Origin: a virus
Direction: 5' to 3' (one strand)
Virus record (IMG/VR): IMGVR_UViG_3300020445_000983
Location: 20,880 to 84,879 of that record
DNA: 64,000 nt
Positions 15,901-22,348 of this stretch are shown piece by piece. Under the pieces are notes generated by a model. It was not told where the DNA came from and ran no database searches. It worked only from the letters and a program-made list of their open reading frames with translations. Position numbers and translations under genes: made by a program. The stretch's first letter is position 1, and each line of letters begins with the position of its first letter.

Positions 15901-18900
15901 ATTTCTTCAAATGCTGTATTTGGAGCAAATAATTTCTGTGCAGCAGGTGTTTGTAAGTTAGATGAAAGGAATTTCCAATATGCAACACCAGCAGTCTTAC
16001 CAGTAGCTACAGTAGTAGCAGTAGCTGTAATGTATACAGTACCATAATCATCTACAGTTAATTTTGGATTAGAGTACCTATAGGCAGTATTGGAGAATTT
16101 ACGAGTCCAATTAACCTCAATAGTGGCACTATCATAGTATGTTTCACCAAATATGATATTACCAGAACCAGTAGGATCCTCAATACCAACAAACAATACC
16201 TTATTATTACCAATAAATTTAATATCATTTAACTGCTCATCACCAGCAGCAGAAGCAATCTTACGTTTTTCTTCTAAAGCACCATCAGTATTCAACAAAC
16301 CAATCCACATATCACTTGGATTTGGAGAGTTTGTATCAGTAGTACCAGCAATATATAAGTATCCGTTAGAATCTAAATCAACTGAAGAAATATAGTCTCT
16401 ACGAGTAGATCCAGATATACCAGCAAGTTCTCTCTGCCACTTAATTACAGCAGTTGGATTGTTGTTTGCATCAAATCCTGACTCAAACTTAGCAACAACA
16501 AGATCTGGGTTGTAAGCAAGGTTTGCTGTATGAGGAATAGTTTCACCAACAACGTATATTGTATGAGGATTAGTATTAGCAACGTGAATACTATTAAATA
16601 CACACCTCTTATCACCTGCAGCAGGTTGAATAGGTAACATTGTACGTGTCCACAGCAATCTACCATCACTGTTAAACTTAGCAATCATACCTGCTGAATC
16701 ACCAGTAGAATCATCTGCTTCACCTACAACGTAGAAAGTACGATCATCAGCAATGGCGACATCTTTAATTTTTGTTACAGTGGTATTCTCTTTCAAGAAT
16801 GACAGTGCATATGCAGCTTTCTTATACCTTTGTGGGTGACTGACGCGAATCTCTGGTGGAGAATCCTTATCATATGCAGAACCTGAGTTTATAATGTTAA
16901 CCTTATTAACCGCACCAGACTCTTCTCTTACAATATTAAGTTTGAAATCTTGACCTTGACCACTAATAATCTCGTATGTAGGTGGAATATCCTCTGAATA
17001 TCCTAATCCTTGCTGTAAAACATCAATTCTTTCAACACCAGCAACAACCTTTACCTTAAATGTCTTATTAGTTGAATCGATTTGAGGTATACTTTCAACA
17101 ATAACCTCATCACCAGCTCTAAGATCGTGTTCTTCAGTAGTTGTTATTGTACCGAAAGATACGTCATTTTCTAATGTGGAACTGTAAGATAGGACATCTT
17201 GTCCCTTAACTGACTCAACTTTAGCAGAAGCACCATATCCACCAGTGTCTGTATTGTCAAAATATAGTTTATCAGTAACTTTATAAGAGGTACCTGGGTT
17301 CTCAACAACAAATCCACTAACTTTAGCGTCTTCAAACTTGGTAGTAGTCTCAACTTCAATATCAACCTGTGATCTAGTAGAAACTTTAGGGTAGTAATCA
17401 AATAATTGCAGTACAGGTTCTTCCGAGATGTATGTTAAAGCAACCGCCTCTTCTGCATCTAAGATACCATCTTTGTTTAAATCTTCAAGTTCAAATACAA
17501 ATTCTTCACCGAACTCAGTTACAAGAGTATCAGTTGCCTTATTTGGTTGACGCTCAATATCAATGTCAACATCCTCATAAGGATCACGGAATCTAACAAC
17601 ACCTGAAGGAATATTAGTCTGTATAGCATCTTGACTATAGTTCCACTTATCAGGTACTGAGTATAGTTGAGGACCACAAACATAAGGGAATACAGGTAAA
17701 CCTGCTTCAGATGCATCAATAGAAACGAAATAAGCATACACACCTTCTGGGTATTCAGGTGTCTTACAATATCTACCGTTATATTGGTCTAAATCACCAT
17801 TTTGGAAGACATATTCATAGTCTTCAATGAATGTACCAGCAGCATACTCACTTAACAAAGGACCATCAGCACGAATTGGAGTTGGGTTCGTTGCTTCGTC
17901 ATATATCAATGCTAATTTAATTCTATAAGAAGATACAATCCTTTTAATACCAGAAGACTGATCATCTGCTTTAATGTACCCATAAGGACCGTAAATTGGG
18001 TTTCCATCAAATGACCAACCTATAATTGGTGAGTGTGATAATCCAGCATCCAATTCTCTAAGATTGCCTGTAGCAGGATCTCTATAGACATTATCACCAA
18101 GAACAAATCTTAATTGTTTAGGATCGGATACGTGTGCGTATTCACCACCATACTGAGTGTTATATCCAGCAAATACGTATCCTCTAGCAGGGTCTAAGTT
18201 ACCATATTGCTCTGTTTCTAAGTTCTTAGTCCACTCAAATACATTTGCAGTAAATGTGGCAAGTTCACCAACTGCTTCTAATCTAATAGTTGTTGTACCA
18301 GTATTATATCCAACACCACGGTTTTCAACGGAAACAGTAAGTACCTTACCTTTATCTTCTCCACTAGTACCAATAGTTGCTTTACCAACAGCACCATATC
18401 CTTCACCATTAATAATAACTTTTGGAGGTGAAGTATATCCATCACCAGAAGCAATAACAGCGATTGAAACAATACGACCGTTAATAACGATTGGTTGTGC
18501 AACAGCACCTTCACCAGAGTTCAGTTTGATTGTTGGTGAAGAAGTATATGATTGTCCTGCATTAGTGACTGCAATGCTCTTAATAGGACCACGTACAGCA
18601 GCACTTGCAGTTGCACCTGCTCCATCACCACCAGATATAGAAACTAGTGGTTCTGAAGTATACTCTTGACCAGGATCTCCGACAAGAATCTTAGTTACTA
18701 CACCATTAGTAATAACAGCAGTAGCAGTAGCACCAAATCCACCACCACCTACAATACTAACAAGAGGACTAGAAGTGTACCCAGTACCACCTGAGGTGAC
18801 ATCAATTTCATATAGTGAACCATTTACTACAACAGAAGCAGCAGCACCAGCTCCACCACCACCTGTAATTTCGATAGCAGGAGTCGCTGCAGCGTCATAT

Positions 18901-21900
18901 CCTTTACCAACATTGGTAATATCGATACCTGTAACACCACCATACTTAATCTTGCTCTCAGACTTATAAGACCAAGCAGCAACACCATTAACCCAGGTAC
19001 CTATAGGTCCAAATTCAGTTAAGGGACGTTCTGATACAGTTTCTACTATTCTTGGAATTCTACTTAATTTTCTTTGGTTACCTGGAATTAGGGCAGATCC
19101 TATGAAAGGTCCAACCTTATAGTTTGGTATACCAGTCGTTGCAACATAAGAATAGTTGTCATTGAAGAAAACATTCTGTATATTGGTAGTAAAGTCTTTT
19201 ATAGTACCACTAATACTCTCAACATCAGACTTACCTCTGTTCAAGTCAACTGACATCAAGATATTACCCTGTGGAGGGTTCGGTGAAGGAGCCTCTATCT
19301 GATAGGAGAACGTAGTAGCATTAATACGTGATGTTACTTCAAACGTACCATTGAAGATCGTTGGGTTAGCACCATAGATGGTTACAGCATCTCCAACTAA
19401 CAAACCGTGATTATTAACGCTATAAACGGTTGCAGTCTGATTATTCAGACCACCTGGCTCAATATTAGTAACTGAGATCAGTTTCTTGACGTTATAAAGC
19501 CAAGATGTTATCTTTTTATCAGTAGTAGAAGAACCAAGCGATGCAACGTTTAGTTTATCACCAGCCAAGTAATAAGAACCAGTGTCAGACAGAACGGTTC
19601 CAGTTGCTTCAGCAATACCCAAAATACGAAGTTTTACTTCAGTATCAAGCCCTCGATCAACATAACAGAAAATATCTGAGTAAATCGTCGTACCACTATC
19701 CCAATCCTCAACAATACCGTTCTTAGAACGTGTACACTCAATAAACTGGTTTAATGATTTCTCTTTGTACTGTACATACTCACTATCACCCATTATGATA
19801 AGACCATTTCTCTCTGGCCAACCAATAGTAGAGTCAACAGTAATGATTGAATCTATTGTATCAATTGGTTCTACAAGAGTAGTTTTGTAGGGTATGGTGA
19901 ATTTACCAAGTAAAGTTTCTTCAGATATGGATAATTCGTATATTGTACCTACACCAGTATTGATTGCAATTACGTTTTCAACCAAACAACTAGCATCTTT
20001 TACGCTAGTGTCTACAGCATCAGCAAATTGGAATAACTGAGAATCCTGGATATTTCTTGAATCACCACTAATAAGTTCAACACGAATAATTGTGTCTACA
20101 CTCCAAGTAGCAGCAGATGGAGTAATTAACTCATTTTTAGGATAAGATACATCAACTGTCTCAGAAAATAGTATTTTAAAGAGATACTCTGTAGCAGTTT
20201 TGGTACCTTTTGAGATATAAAAGTCCTTGATCGTTTTAATGATCTGAGGAGCATTTACCTTAGTATAATCAATTGGAGCATTAGGTAAAAACTGATTTAC
20301 AAAACGCTGATACAATTCCTTAGAGAATAAAGAATCTAAGTTAGTAATTGCAGTATCTTTAGTATGAGAAGACTGAGTACTATCAACTTCTTTAGTGAAT
20401 ATCTGATTTCCTCTCTGATCAAACTCAGTTACACCAGAAACCCCTCTCTTACAGTCTCTAAACTGAGATGGTTCGTATTCTTCACCTGGGTTATGAATAG
20501 TAAATCCTGTTACTTCACCAAATCCAACATCACAAGATGCTGCAGCAGATTTTGGTTCAGCAATAACAACTGTTGGAGGCTCAGTAGATGAATATCCACT
20601 TCCAAAACTGGTTATATTAATATCAGTAATCTCACCATTAAAGATGGTAGCAACAGCAGTTGCACCTATACCACCTACAGGATTTCCAGAAAGATCCTTT
20701 CTATTATCAACAATATAAACAGAAGGAGGATCAGTGTACCCTCTACCACCAAATAATAATTCGATATCAACTAATTTACCACCACTTACTGATACATCAA
20801 GAATTTGAGCACCAACAGGGTCGATTATACGGCATCTAGGAGGAGTTGTATAACCTTTACCTGGAGCAACGATAGTTACACCATTTACCCTACCAACAGC
20901 GTCTAGAGTCGATATAGCAGATGCCTGGATAGAGTTAACAGCAGTAGGAGCTTCAATCCAAACTGTAGGAGCAGTCTTATAATTTAAACCACCTTCATTT
21001 ACAGTAATAGACCCAGGATTTACTGATCCTTCAGCATCAATAGTTGCATCAGATATCTTTGCACCTGATGGGTTTGTAAATGAGATAGATGGAATAGTAT
21101 CATATCCAGAACCTGAAGAAGTTACATTTATTGTAGATACTTGTCCAGTTTCAGAATCAACAACTACAGTTGCTTTTGCTAAAACTCCTGAACTGTCTGC
21201 AGGAGGGTCAAATATTACTATAGGAGGGTTATCTGGTGTATAACCTTGTCCACCATCAATTAAACTAATATCCTTAATACCATTAACAAGTGCTTCAGCA
21301 GTTCCTAAAGTACCTTTTGTACCAGCAGGAGATAGAATAGTCGTCTTTGGAGTGAAGTTTAACCTATATCCACTACCACCTTTCTTTACAATTATATCGT
21401 TTATCTTACCATCTTCAACTTTAGTGATTGCAGCAGCACCTTTACCGAATTCTGGAGCAATTAGTTCTACAGCACGTACTGTAATCTTATCTTCTAGATC
21501 TAATCCTGTATTGAAGATTATTTGATCTTCATAAACAGTAAAATCAATAAATGGATTTTTTGGAACTCCATTTATAGCAACTAAACAAGAAACAGTAGAA
21601 AGTGGAGTATATTTTGATGTATTCTCCTTTAAATGGAATATCTTCTGATATGCTGTATCTACTGTAATGGTATCCAGTACTATTACAGGTACACTGGTAT
21701 AACCAATCAAGTATTCTATAGTAGTTGGAGCACTAGACCCTTGAGGGATGCTTGGAGCGGTGTCTCCTATGAACCGTATAGTAGCACCTTCTACCACATA
21801 CTGTGTGGTAGGCTCATACTGAATACCATTAATAATTACACGAAGATATTCAGGAGCAGATGGCGATATTGGAGTACCAAGAAGATTCAGATTGAATTGT

Positions 21901-22334
21901 GTCTTTACACCATCAACTTGAGTTGCAATACTCTCAAGTAATTGAATCTTTCTATTAAATTCTAAGTTATTAACACCAGGAGTGAAAACTACCTCTGGTG
22001 ACTTTGTTGTGGTCTCATAATATATGATCTCATCGTCAATCTTTATAGTACCATCTCTGTCTAAGAAATAGTCAACAGTTTCTACGGTTATATTGTTATC
22101 AGTCGGTGTTATATCCGATAATACTACCGATGATGAAGATATGAAATTAGGATCATATTCATCGGAACTGATATCAGTATAACTGAGAATATTGTTCAGA
22201 ACATCATAAGGTCTACCAGACTTTTCTTGCGATTTGTAGTATTGAACCATCAAATCGACAAAAGCCTGATCCTCCTCCTTTATAAATGCAGGAATCTGAT
22301 CCTGGAGTCTTTGGGAAACCTTAACTGCCTTCAT
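1..22334 (-). CDS. gp7: Giant baseplate wedge initiator (gp7-like), at least 7444 aa, 3' end outside window. Contains gp7 core, GSGY-P-GGGG repeats, a YHYH-like domain, LamG-like domains, helical Cys repeats and ~22 HxYPR repeats
   Basis: ATG at 22334 directly downstream of gp6 (MKAVKVSQRLQDQIPAFIKEEDQAFVDLMVQYYKSQE). The same frame is still open at base 3 (FSCGKDDYATDH). HSPIIGWSFDGNPIYGPYGY...DLDQYNGRYCKTPEYPEGVYAYF at ~18040-17730. Probably absent from the ORF track because no stop lies in the window; frame checked at both ends and spot-checked between. Confidence 0.88.
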   Translation of the reverse strand, partial: MKAVKVSQRLQDQIPAFIKEEDQAFVDLMVQYYKSQEKSGRPYDVLNNILSYTDISSDEYDPNFISSSSVVLSDITPTDNNITVETVDYFLDRDGTIKIDDEIIYYETTTKSPEVVFTPGVNNLEFNRKIQLLESIATQVDGVKTQFNLNLLGTPISPSAPEYLRVIINGIQYEPTTQYVVEGATIRFIGDTAPSIPQGSSAPTTIEYLIGYTSVPVIVLDTITVDTAYQKIFHLKENTSKYTPLSTVSCLVAINGVPKNPFIDFTVYEDQIIFNTGLDLEDKITVRAVELIAPEFGKGAAAITKVEDGKINDIIVKKGGSGYRLNFTPKTTILSPAGTKGTLGTAEALVNGIKDISLIDGGQGYTPDNPPIVIFDPPADSSGVLAKATVVVDSETGQVSTINVTSSGSGYDTIPSISFTNPSGAKISDATIDAEGSVNPGSITVNEGGLNYKTAPTVWIEAPTAVNSIQASAISTLDAVGRVNGVTIVAPGKGYTTPPRCRIIDPVGAQILDVSVSGGKLVDIELLFGGRGYTDPPSVYIVDNRKDLSGNPVGGIGATAVATIFNGEITDINITSFGSGYSSTEPPTVVIAEPKSAAASCDVGFGEVTGFTIHNPGEEYEPSQFRDCKRGVSGVTEFDQRGNQIFTKEVDSTQSSHTKDTAITNLDSLFSKELYQRFVNQFLPNAPIDYTKVNAPQIIKTIKDFYISKGTKTATEYLFKILFSETVDVSYPKNELITPSAATWSVDTIIRVELISGDSRNIQDSQLFQFADAVDTSVKDASCLVENVIAINTGVGTIYELSISEETLLGKFTIPYKTTLVEPIDTIDSIITVDSTIGWPERNGLIIMGDSEYVQYKEKSLNQFIECTRSKNGIVEDWDSGTTIYSDIFCYVDRGLDTEVKLRILGIAEATGTVLSDTGSYYLAGDKLNVASLGSSTTDKKITSWLYNVKKLISVTNIEPGGLNNQTATVYSVNNHGLLVGDAVTIYGANPTIFNGTFEVTSRINATTFSYQIEAPSPNPPQGNILMSVDLNRGKSDVESISGTIKDFTTNIQNVFFNDNYSYVATTGIPNYKVGPFIGSALIPGNQRKLSRIPRIVETVSERPLTEFGPIGTWVNGVAAWSYKSESKIKYGGVTGIDITNVGKGYDAAATPAIEITGGGGAGAAASVVVNGSLYEIDVTSGGTGYTSSPLVSIVGGGGFGATATAVITNGVVTKILVGDPGQEYTSEPLVSISGGDGAGATASAAVRGPIKSIAVTNAGQSYTSSPTIKLNSGEGAVAQPIVINGRIVSIAVIASGDGYTSPPKVIINGEGYGAVGKATIGTSGEDKGKVLTVSVENRGVGYNTGTTTIRLEAVGELATFTANVFEWTKNLETEQYGNLDPARGYVFAGYNTQYGGEYAHVSDPKQLRFVLGDNVYRDPATGNLRELDAGLSHSPIIGWSFDGNPIYGPYGYIKADDQSSGIKRIVSSYRIKLALIYDEATNPTPIRADGPLLSEYAAGTFIEDYEYVFQNGDLDQYNGRYCKTPEYPEGVYAYFVSIDASEAGLPVFPYVCGPQLYSVPDKWNYSQDAIQTNIPSGVVRFRDPYEDVDIDIERQPNKATDTLVTEFGEEFVFELEDLNKDGILDAEEAVALTYISEEPVLQLFDYYPKVSTRSQVDIEVETTTKFEDAKVSGFVVENPGTSYKVTDKLYFDNTDTGGYGASAKVESVKGQDVLSYSSTLENDVSFGTITTTEEHDLRAGDEVIVESIPQIDSTNKTFKVKVVAGVERIDVLQQGLGYSEDIPPTYEIISGQGQDFKLNIVREESGAVNKVNIINSGSAYDKDSPPEIRVSHPQRYKKAAYALSFLKENTTVTKIKDVAIADDRTFYVVGEADDSTGDSAGMIAKFNSDGRLLWTRTMLPIQPAAGDKRCVFNSIHVANTNPHTIYVVGETIPHTANLAYNPDLVVAKFESGFDANNNPTAVIKWQRELAGISGSTRRDYISSVDLDSNGYLYIAGTTDTNSPNPSDMWIGLLNTDGALEEKRKIASAAGDEQLNDIKFIGNNKVLFVGIEDPTGSGNIIFGETYYDSATIEVNWTRKFSNTAYRYSNPKLTVDDYGTVYITATATTVATGKTAGVAYWKFLSSNLQTPAAQKLFAPNTAFEEIQSTGVKFDIFGNIDVGAYVRYAFNDNRIISWKVSWNTDNVITAASVKETSGIGFHPIAITNDSSADTIVVGNKVEANEIAILNFDTDVSGDDTYNDISTIAWKGTGEAIDNAKPKFGNSSVTTTAAANALEIDWAADQGTDWTIEGYIAIGQSQYNAQSSKPTLFKITPNTGDATVLSVDGDSTSPNFGKLSIDVGSGTYFSTTTTNWTRFAAEAFVHVAYVKQNIGVGNYTYKVYINGNEEISHTSTTVNTAIKKAIVLGLETPATTTSVGGWLDNLSISTVTKYDANFTPAQAVGSTKITHAFTYKIDKDQTKLGTFTLNDVETGIQVTNAAAINDFTFNTLATTSNDWVLGPAGIQILDYADVISNNVEGSYTFTSTDEPYATRTATIPTPNGKKLLMSTTVIPKFYLRDAKYTTIDAVKTITFNQNATFTKGDRLQQYSVIGGADVISAYGTIVEAGTNNCKIGNIVGTFDTAKLIKSTGNDINVIAYDFTVTTTIPQWTTNTVYAVSDEVYNAGKIYTASSAGTSGATAPVHNVGTVSDGTVNWVYTRVAGSFDVDLVNTSYSGGTLDQFARWKTFSGSDYIIKIEEIYEDSSYIKGDIIDADAVGLTFSVDATGNIATFGNLVGVKEFKLTANLDKDIIPTGALTYTDLVFANATTKNNFETNEIIFVEGFSTNEYNGSFFVEELFNSRQFTYRLRSTAIQDPVFSQGVIASVNIYAKHPKLLFVRGHQYVFDLDDTSNAGYFLSFSKDNQYKLEYPFTNIIREGTPGMTDESSPTPLVKFLVTDAVTNISYYFDPSRTSANDNPVGIDSFIDVVQTPYKGIFTISSIPDDKEFKFPLLREPENTTAPLGNTEVGIPRSSYSTTSVKAVGPISSIKLVNPGGFYQKLPIVTDIASNREIEKIKITSGGTEYVNGTYFNVPIDGDGEGALCNITVADDGDLEGVITGVELISAGKGYTFASVDIDGIPGILGSLLQGSGGVLDVIIPAEGSGASVFLQGLSIGKIKKLKNNEFGFGYSHDYTLRPEITFPVNLQLFNTAILTEIKITDPGSGYTSVPRVVIEGGGGIGAEALAIVKNNRLSEIQVKEPGSGYSSEPIVTLKSEFNYVVNIDLGYLQFNFPHGITNGAAVNLRAEDLGSTIGILPKPASAGLISLSENTTYYAIAGEANSLEPDQLRIALTPVDAESGSFITFLTQGDGRQVLLTEVFGGKATAVVETSRFLQGEKVYQGSFIETASAVGYVSENQGWQIGPRILKLENYTGNWTIGERVTGEVSRASGLIDNLSIAKGTLNIDALTTTTGQFIDDVGKPSEIVQKIQDSYFYQNFSYVIKSQTPINSWRKSILETNHPVGFNMFGELALTGGKDISGRKVVSDLVKEVNIFSATNINKITSFANAQPIYTQFNNTEVLFRQKRLTNSEEILTSIVKKLDNISDDFDGIKTQFPLTVEGESITATDDQMMILINGIAQSPGVSFTTSGPSIVFDEPPKAPSRIKFREIGFSQINITRFTFSSTSGIFPPAGKIVRSLQNEGTAIVIDSLVDSIDVVDISGSFLTNDNVLSSATGFDGVLASVTPLTSNTIFEQGETITNLDTVPDFAVIEETNLIDGTVTTDLVVSRTSGTSEFETGEFDLKFNDIVYSARSKICARITTIAPYQDDNTQQIIDTVDLSPPSFFFGLVFQRVPSITFPNKILDNISETVVNPTELYSDTANNQDFLDFEEVRNQEIRYKNLQGSQFVIGDSIRNKKLYFANSSMRTVHDNRSYDAAVLLRKNALFIAEEAVGIMKNYYPSFTVPGLNHDKDCHDDIVDICNVIAWQLEYDGNSEVWDTAYKYVQSGVIYHIDGEVPQVVYTMNAARDLMIKCIRNEVHTALYTGIQQYRDPTVTNEYDPVDNSHADARSLLLANKWYIAHESLYYAKQQNPGYTVTGGDVHCLSDIVDVIEALAYNTAHGGNNFIYEAGHRIVQYGTVTGDIDTMVDAYTKAKAMALDIMKNVAVAKADASHGWVQVTDSGITVDTGSPVCNGVASTIGTLCDIIIAGLGTTASPGTVATFEAAYTNTVPSTAKTGYVNGCMNQSSAITGFINIITDTLQDPTFADPATYQWSIGNVSRVEPPYAFQEETIRCTKHAYKGKSSGGFFVFEDNVKGVTSGASFDVIGSNAGNKWIYSKDVTGVFQADEYITNSKITNSNVVADSLIFRTGTGSLAFSGTATNLLYPSSDKVAFGTGDYTIEGWFRPSTIAGTQTLIDLRGSTSDTKVQVLLSGTSIKLAIAGTDQISSAQIGAADTWYHFALSRSSSVTKLFVGGVQVGANYTDTNNYTDSTIRIGSSWNAGDTFAGNIDSIIIRKGIAQYSGTFNAPVVYPTNDNTISWALLGDAPMPLEVGAIYANWVATTISSADVDYVELFEQELQCEGVDLGRAEYRDCADIIYKNRDWIAEEAVGRLKVRYPDFIIPGDGGQSNYGTNVCLRDTREYIIPAIIQDLIDGGNYNTVVQARAYLTGSGALQHINGEVLQSIYTWGEVAKLCIDVITQDETTLSGTYSTRVRVPNYFATPASQPVQDFINNLISDLLDLLGPTGQRFRDGADLIYFNRKVIADEAVYHIENKYNITVGFSQDQKLQIPDRNKCVRDLRDHILPAISGDLLTGGNNQTNAQIDYYIDNQDNINHVEDELLPMLDAIEFARMLAEKAISNLLISRNENPADVAADFSDYYQMQWSDEAVHRDDQIVKDPKAYTGTDKALDAADLLVTNARAIAGEAVDLTTKLSAFQHYNFRVKGGKHNCEDDIVDLLESIAHDLRFGGNSSMWDASALYLNTTAGLKHVTDQSAETLYAFKVARDMSQLAVKNKFGFLPYEDEGQTGQGQQTFRPDYYDNASGNKFYDAGNEILNNLRFIATTAVGRGVSQYPSLAFAGYGYQSCVDDVVDMLEAMAFNLKHGGNNKTLYATELYVTDANAVQHVSGQSAEVKYIFEQARDIAIEVVRQLLITKNGYTEGDADYDQTITIDQQTASVQYTPSGATYDPATGDLIINVPQHNLSTNDTIRIATNSLIFTCSQDQHQTTHAYPRASDPASTAILPVTQVIDANNFKVNVGPTETVPFSVSNSTYDPATGLLTLDVGSHKLKTGTTLNISDHSLLYRCSQDNYRTIHSYPRATDPASQQALDIVSIGATSHTATHADYNPVNGRLTVTVPDHGFANGDKVRLIDNSLVFSCGMDSNYTLHSYPRSTDDASGTWLTATNVTHNSFTIDVGSTPISNYAVSNASYNPTTGTMILTIGSHSLNSGAKIRLLPNAVTFTCEEDDNQTNHSYPRTTTTQHTATGGDYDAATGLMTVWVPGHTFVKGDHVKFADNSMTFSCAMDGHATDHAYPRSSDPASGAWLPITWVGTDQFKVNVGTSPIVPFTPTDAAYEPTTGELKLTIGPHHLTEGDNVKIEEGGLTFTCNQDSHQTLHPYPRNQINTHDIQTASYTATTGVLSVTTTAAHSLLAGDYVKFADGAITMTCTMDGGTANKTYPRSTDPVSGKYLEISNVGSTTFDVNVGTSPIVNYQPTGINYNPTTGIMEMTIGAHNHIIGDSIKFAANGLTFTCAEDDHQTNHTYPRATDPFYDTACPITAVTATTISVQVLNSIPSTNTTAHTFVSATANAVQTGGDYTHAFVSAVAGSLSSKQDRAFDQSVDVVYEGTPLTAVSGTTYDPNTGIMSITTSGYHGMVDGDYVKFRTDSVTFTCTQGGGNHSYPRLSDPINGEWIQVSNVTNTTFQVQVLDNIPSTNVTAHTFVSGTANGIIRKDNTITLNVGIASNITPHIFVSATSGAIKAGGNYDHTYVSSSTNGITWKKDIAYDYPLEIIGTTLSTISIKVLAEGRIPSTNETQHTFVSATPGAVITGGNYDHIFVSAADHGVELQNGSVTVNVGTTPENHYNVQNSTYDAATGDLTLTVGTHHLKEGTTLKIANDSLIYTCDMDDHNSEHTYPRATDPSAGEALVIKDVSESQHSITDATYNPSNGHLVCTLNGHDFKTKSHMTPEGARFTTTSGVMEIFIKNHGLQNGQSIKIQDAGITFRCSQDQYSTDHQYPRASDPASGNWLVVTNASQDKFEVNVGTSSNTTSHRFYGATTNGITVAGDYVRFEDNAITFRCAKDSYGSDHTYPRPTDPASGEWLEVAAADTNTFTVDVGISSYTGTHTYQAFAANGLKRQTGTVTVNVGSTPTVNYTPSTGVFTPLTGVMQLTLGNHWLNEGDNIRVAPDSLVFRCGMDNYQTDHAYPRAALLTHTPTGASYDGETGILSLNITNHGMGTGDWVKLNQECITFTCDMDGHATNHPYPRADDPIADRWIQIQNVSTNGFDIFVGKTPTRIFDPSAATFNPSNGYLEMTIGAHDWEVGDSVWIGDHSLAFTCSMDDHYSVHSYPRPTDPVHNTRVPIIAKTDSTITVNVGSTPTVSHDVTNAAYDPTTGDMTLTLGGVHGLVGGTRITASSGTTYDPTTGVMKIQTAVTHGLVAGDRIKMDDYAVTFTCAKDSHQTNHAYPRPTDRVHGEWMQVHNVLSNSFEVQVLPAIPSTNTTAHTFVSGLTNGIMKEVDSIKLLPNALTFRCDEDGQNSDHSYPRNLEDSHTAVVGTSFTPTDGSYDATTGNLVLDIGSNSLAIGDRIRINEEAIKFTCEMDGNSTIKSYPRSTDPTYGHEYEIIAKAGNTVTVFVGTSPIVSYNVSNAVYDPQGGNLVLTIGAHTLTANRDSIRLADDSLTFTCDYQLNNYQTQKTYPRASGAATGDGEDYAYRTALPIIAATDTTITINVNGGQGPITDLTTHNFISATAGAVITGGNYTHTWSSADAGAVITGGTYHNPQTGVLQIKTSAAHAMGNGDWVKFDNNALTFTCAQDNHQTNHTYPRPSDPFAGKWIQVFDVTSDTFKVVVNKIVPQSNTTPHIFISGATNAIKQKRDSMYDTSIPIVDVPTNNQIVINVLKEAPSSNVTTHVFQSAVSGAVVAGGAGYTHTFQPGYEKMTPTNAVYNPTTGFMTLTVGNHWVKNGDHIRIDNDALTFTCAQDGHQTDHTYPRAHDPVSGNWIKVQNVTSSGFDINVLDVIPSTNQTVHTFKSGVAHSISRGAIKGGGIYNHTYVGAATNCVKQKRDPSFEKGQRITNVGTSSHTLTNAIYRPETGVMTLTIPSHGFSATTKKTATTGTSYNPTTGILTIKTTNNHGFVNGDKIKIADNGLTFTCTQAGGNHSYPRTTDPASNKWLTVMNQNGTDEFDVNVGYFFGQGPISNTTTHTFVSATTDGIEKANDKIKMADGSITFSCGKDDYATDH

Positions 22335-22348
22335 TTGTTGTTATCGTC

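Noticed and set aside
3-21941. Many short ORFs listed in the track on both strands
   Set aside because: They are shadow or alternate frames of the single giant minus-strand gene and show no protein-like motifs.
1-22334. Stop-codon recoding or a non-coding desert as the reason no long ORF is listed
   Set aside because: The frame reads normally in the standard code wherever checked; the ORF simply lacks a stop inside the window.
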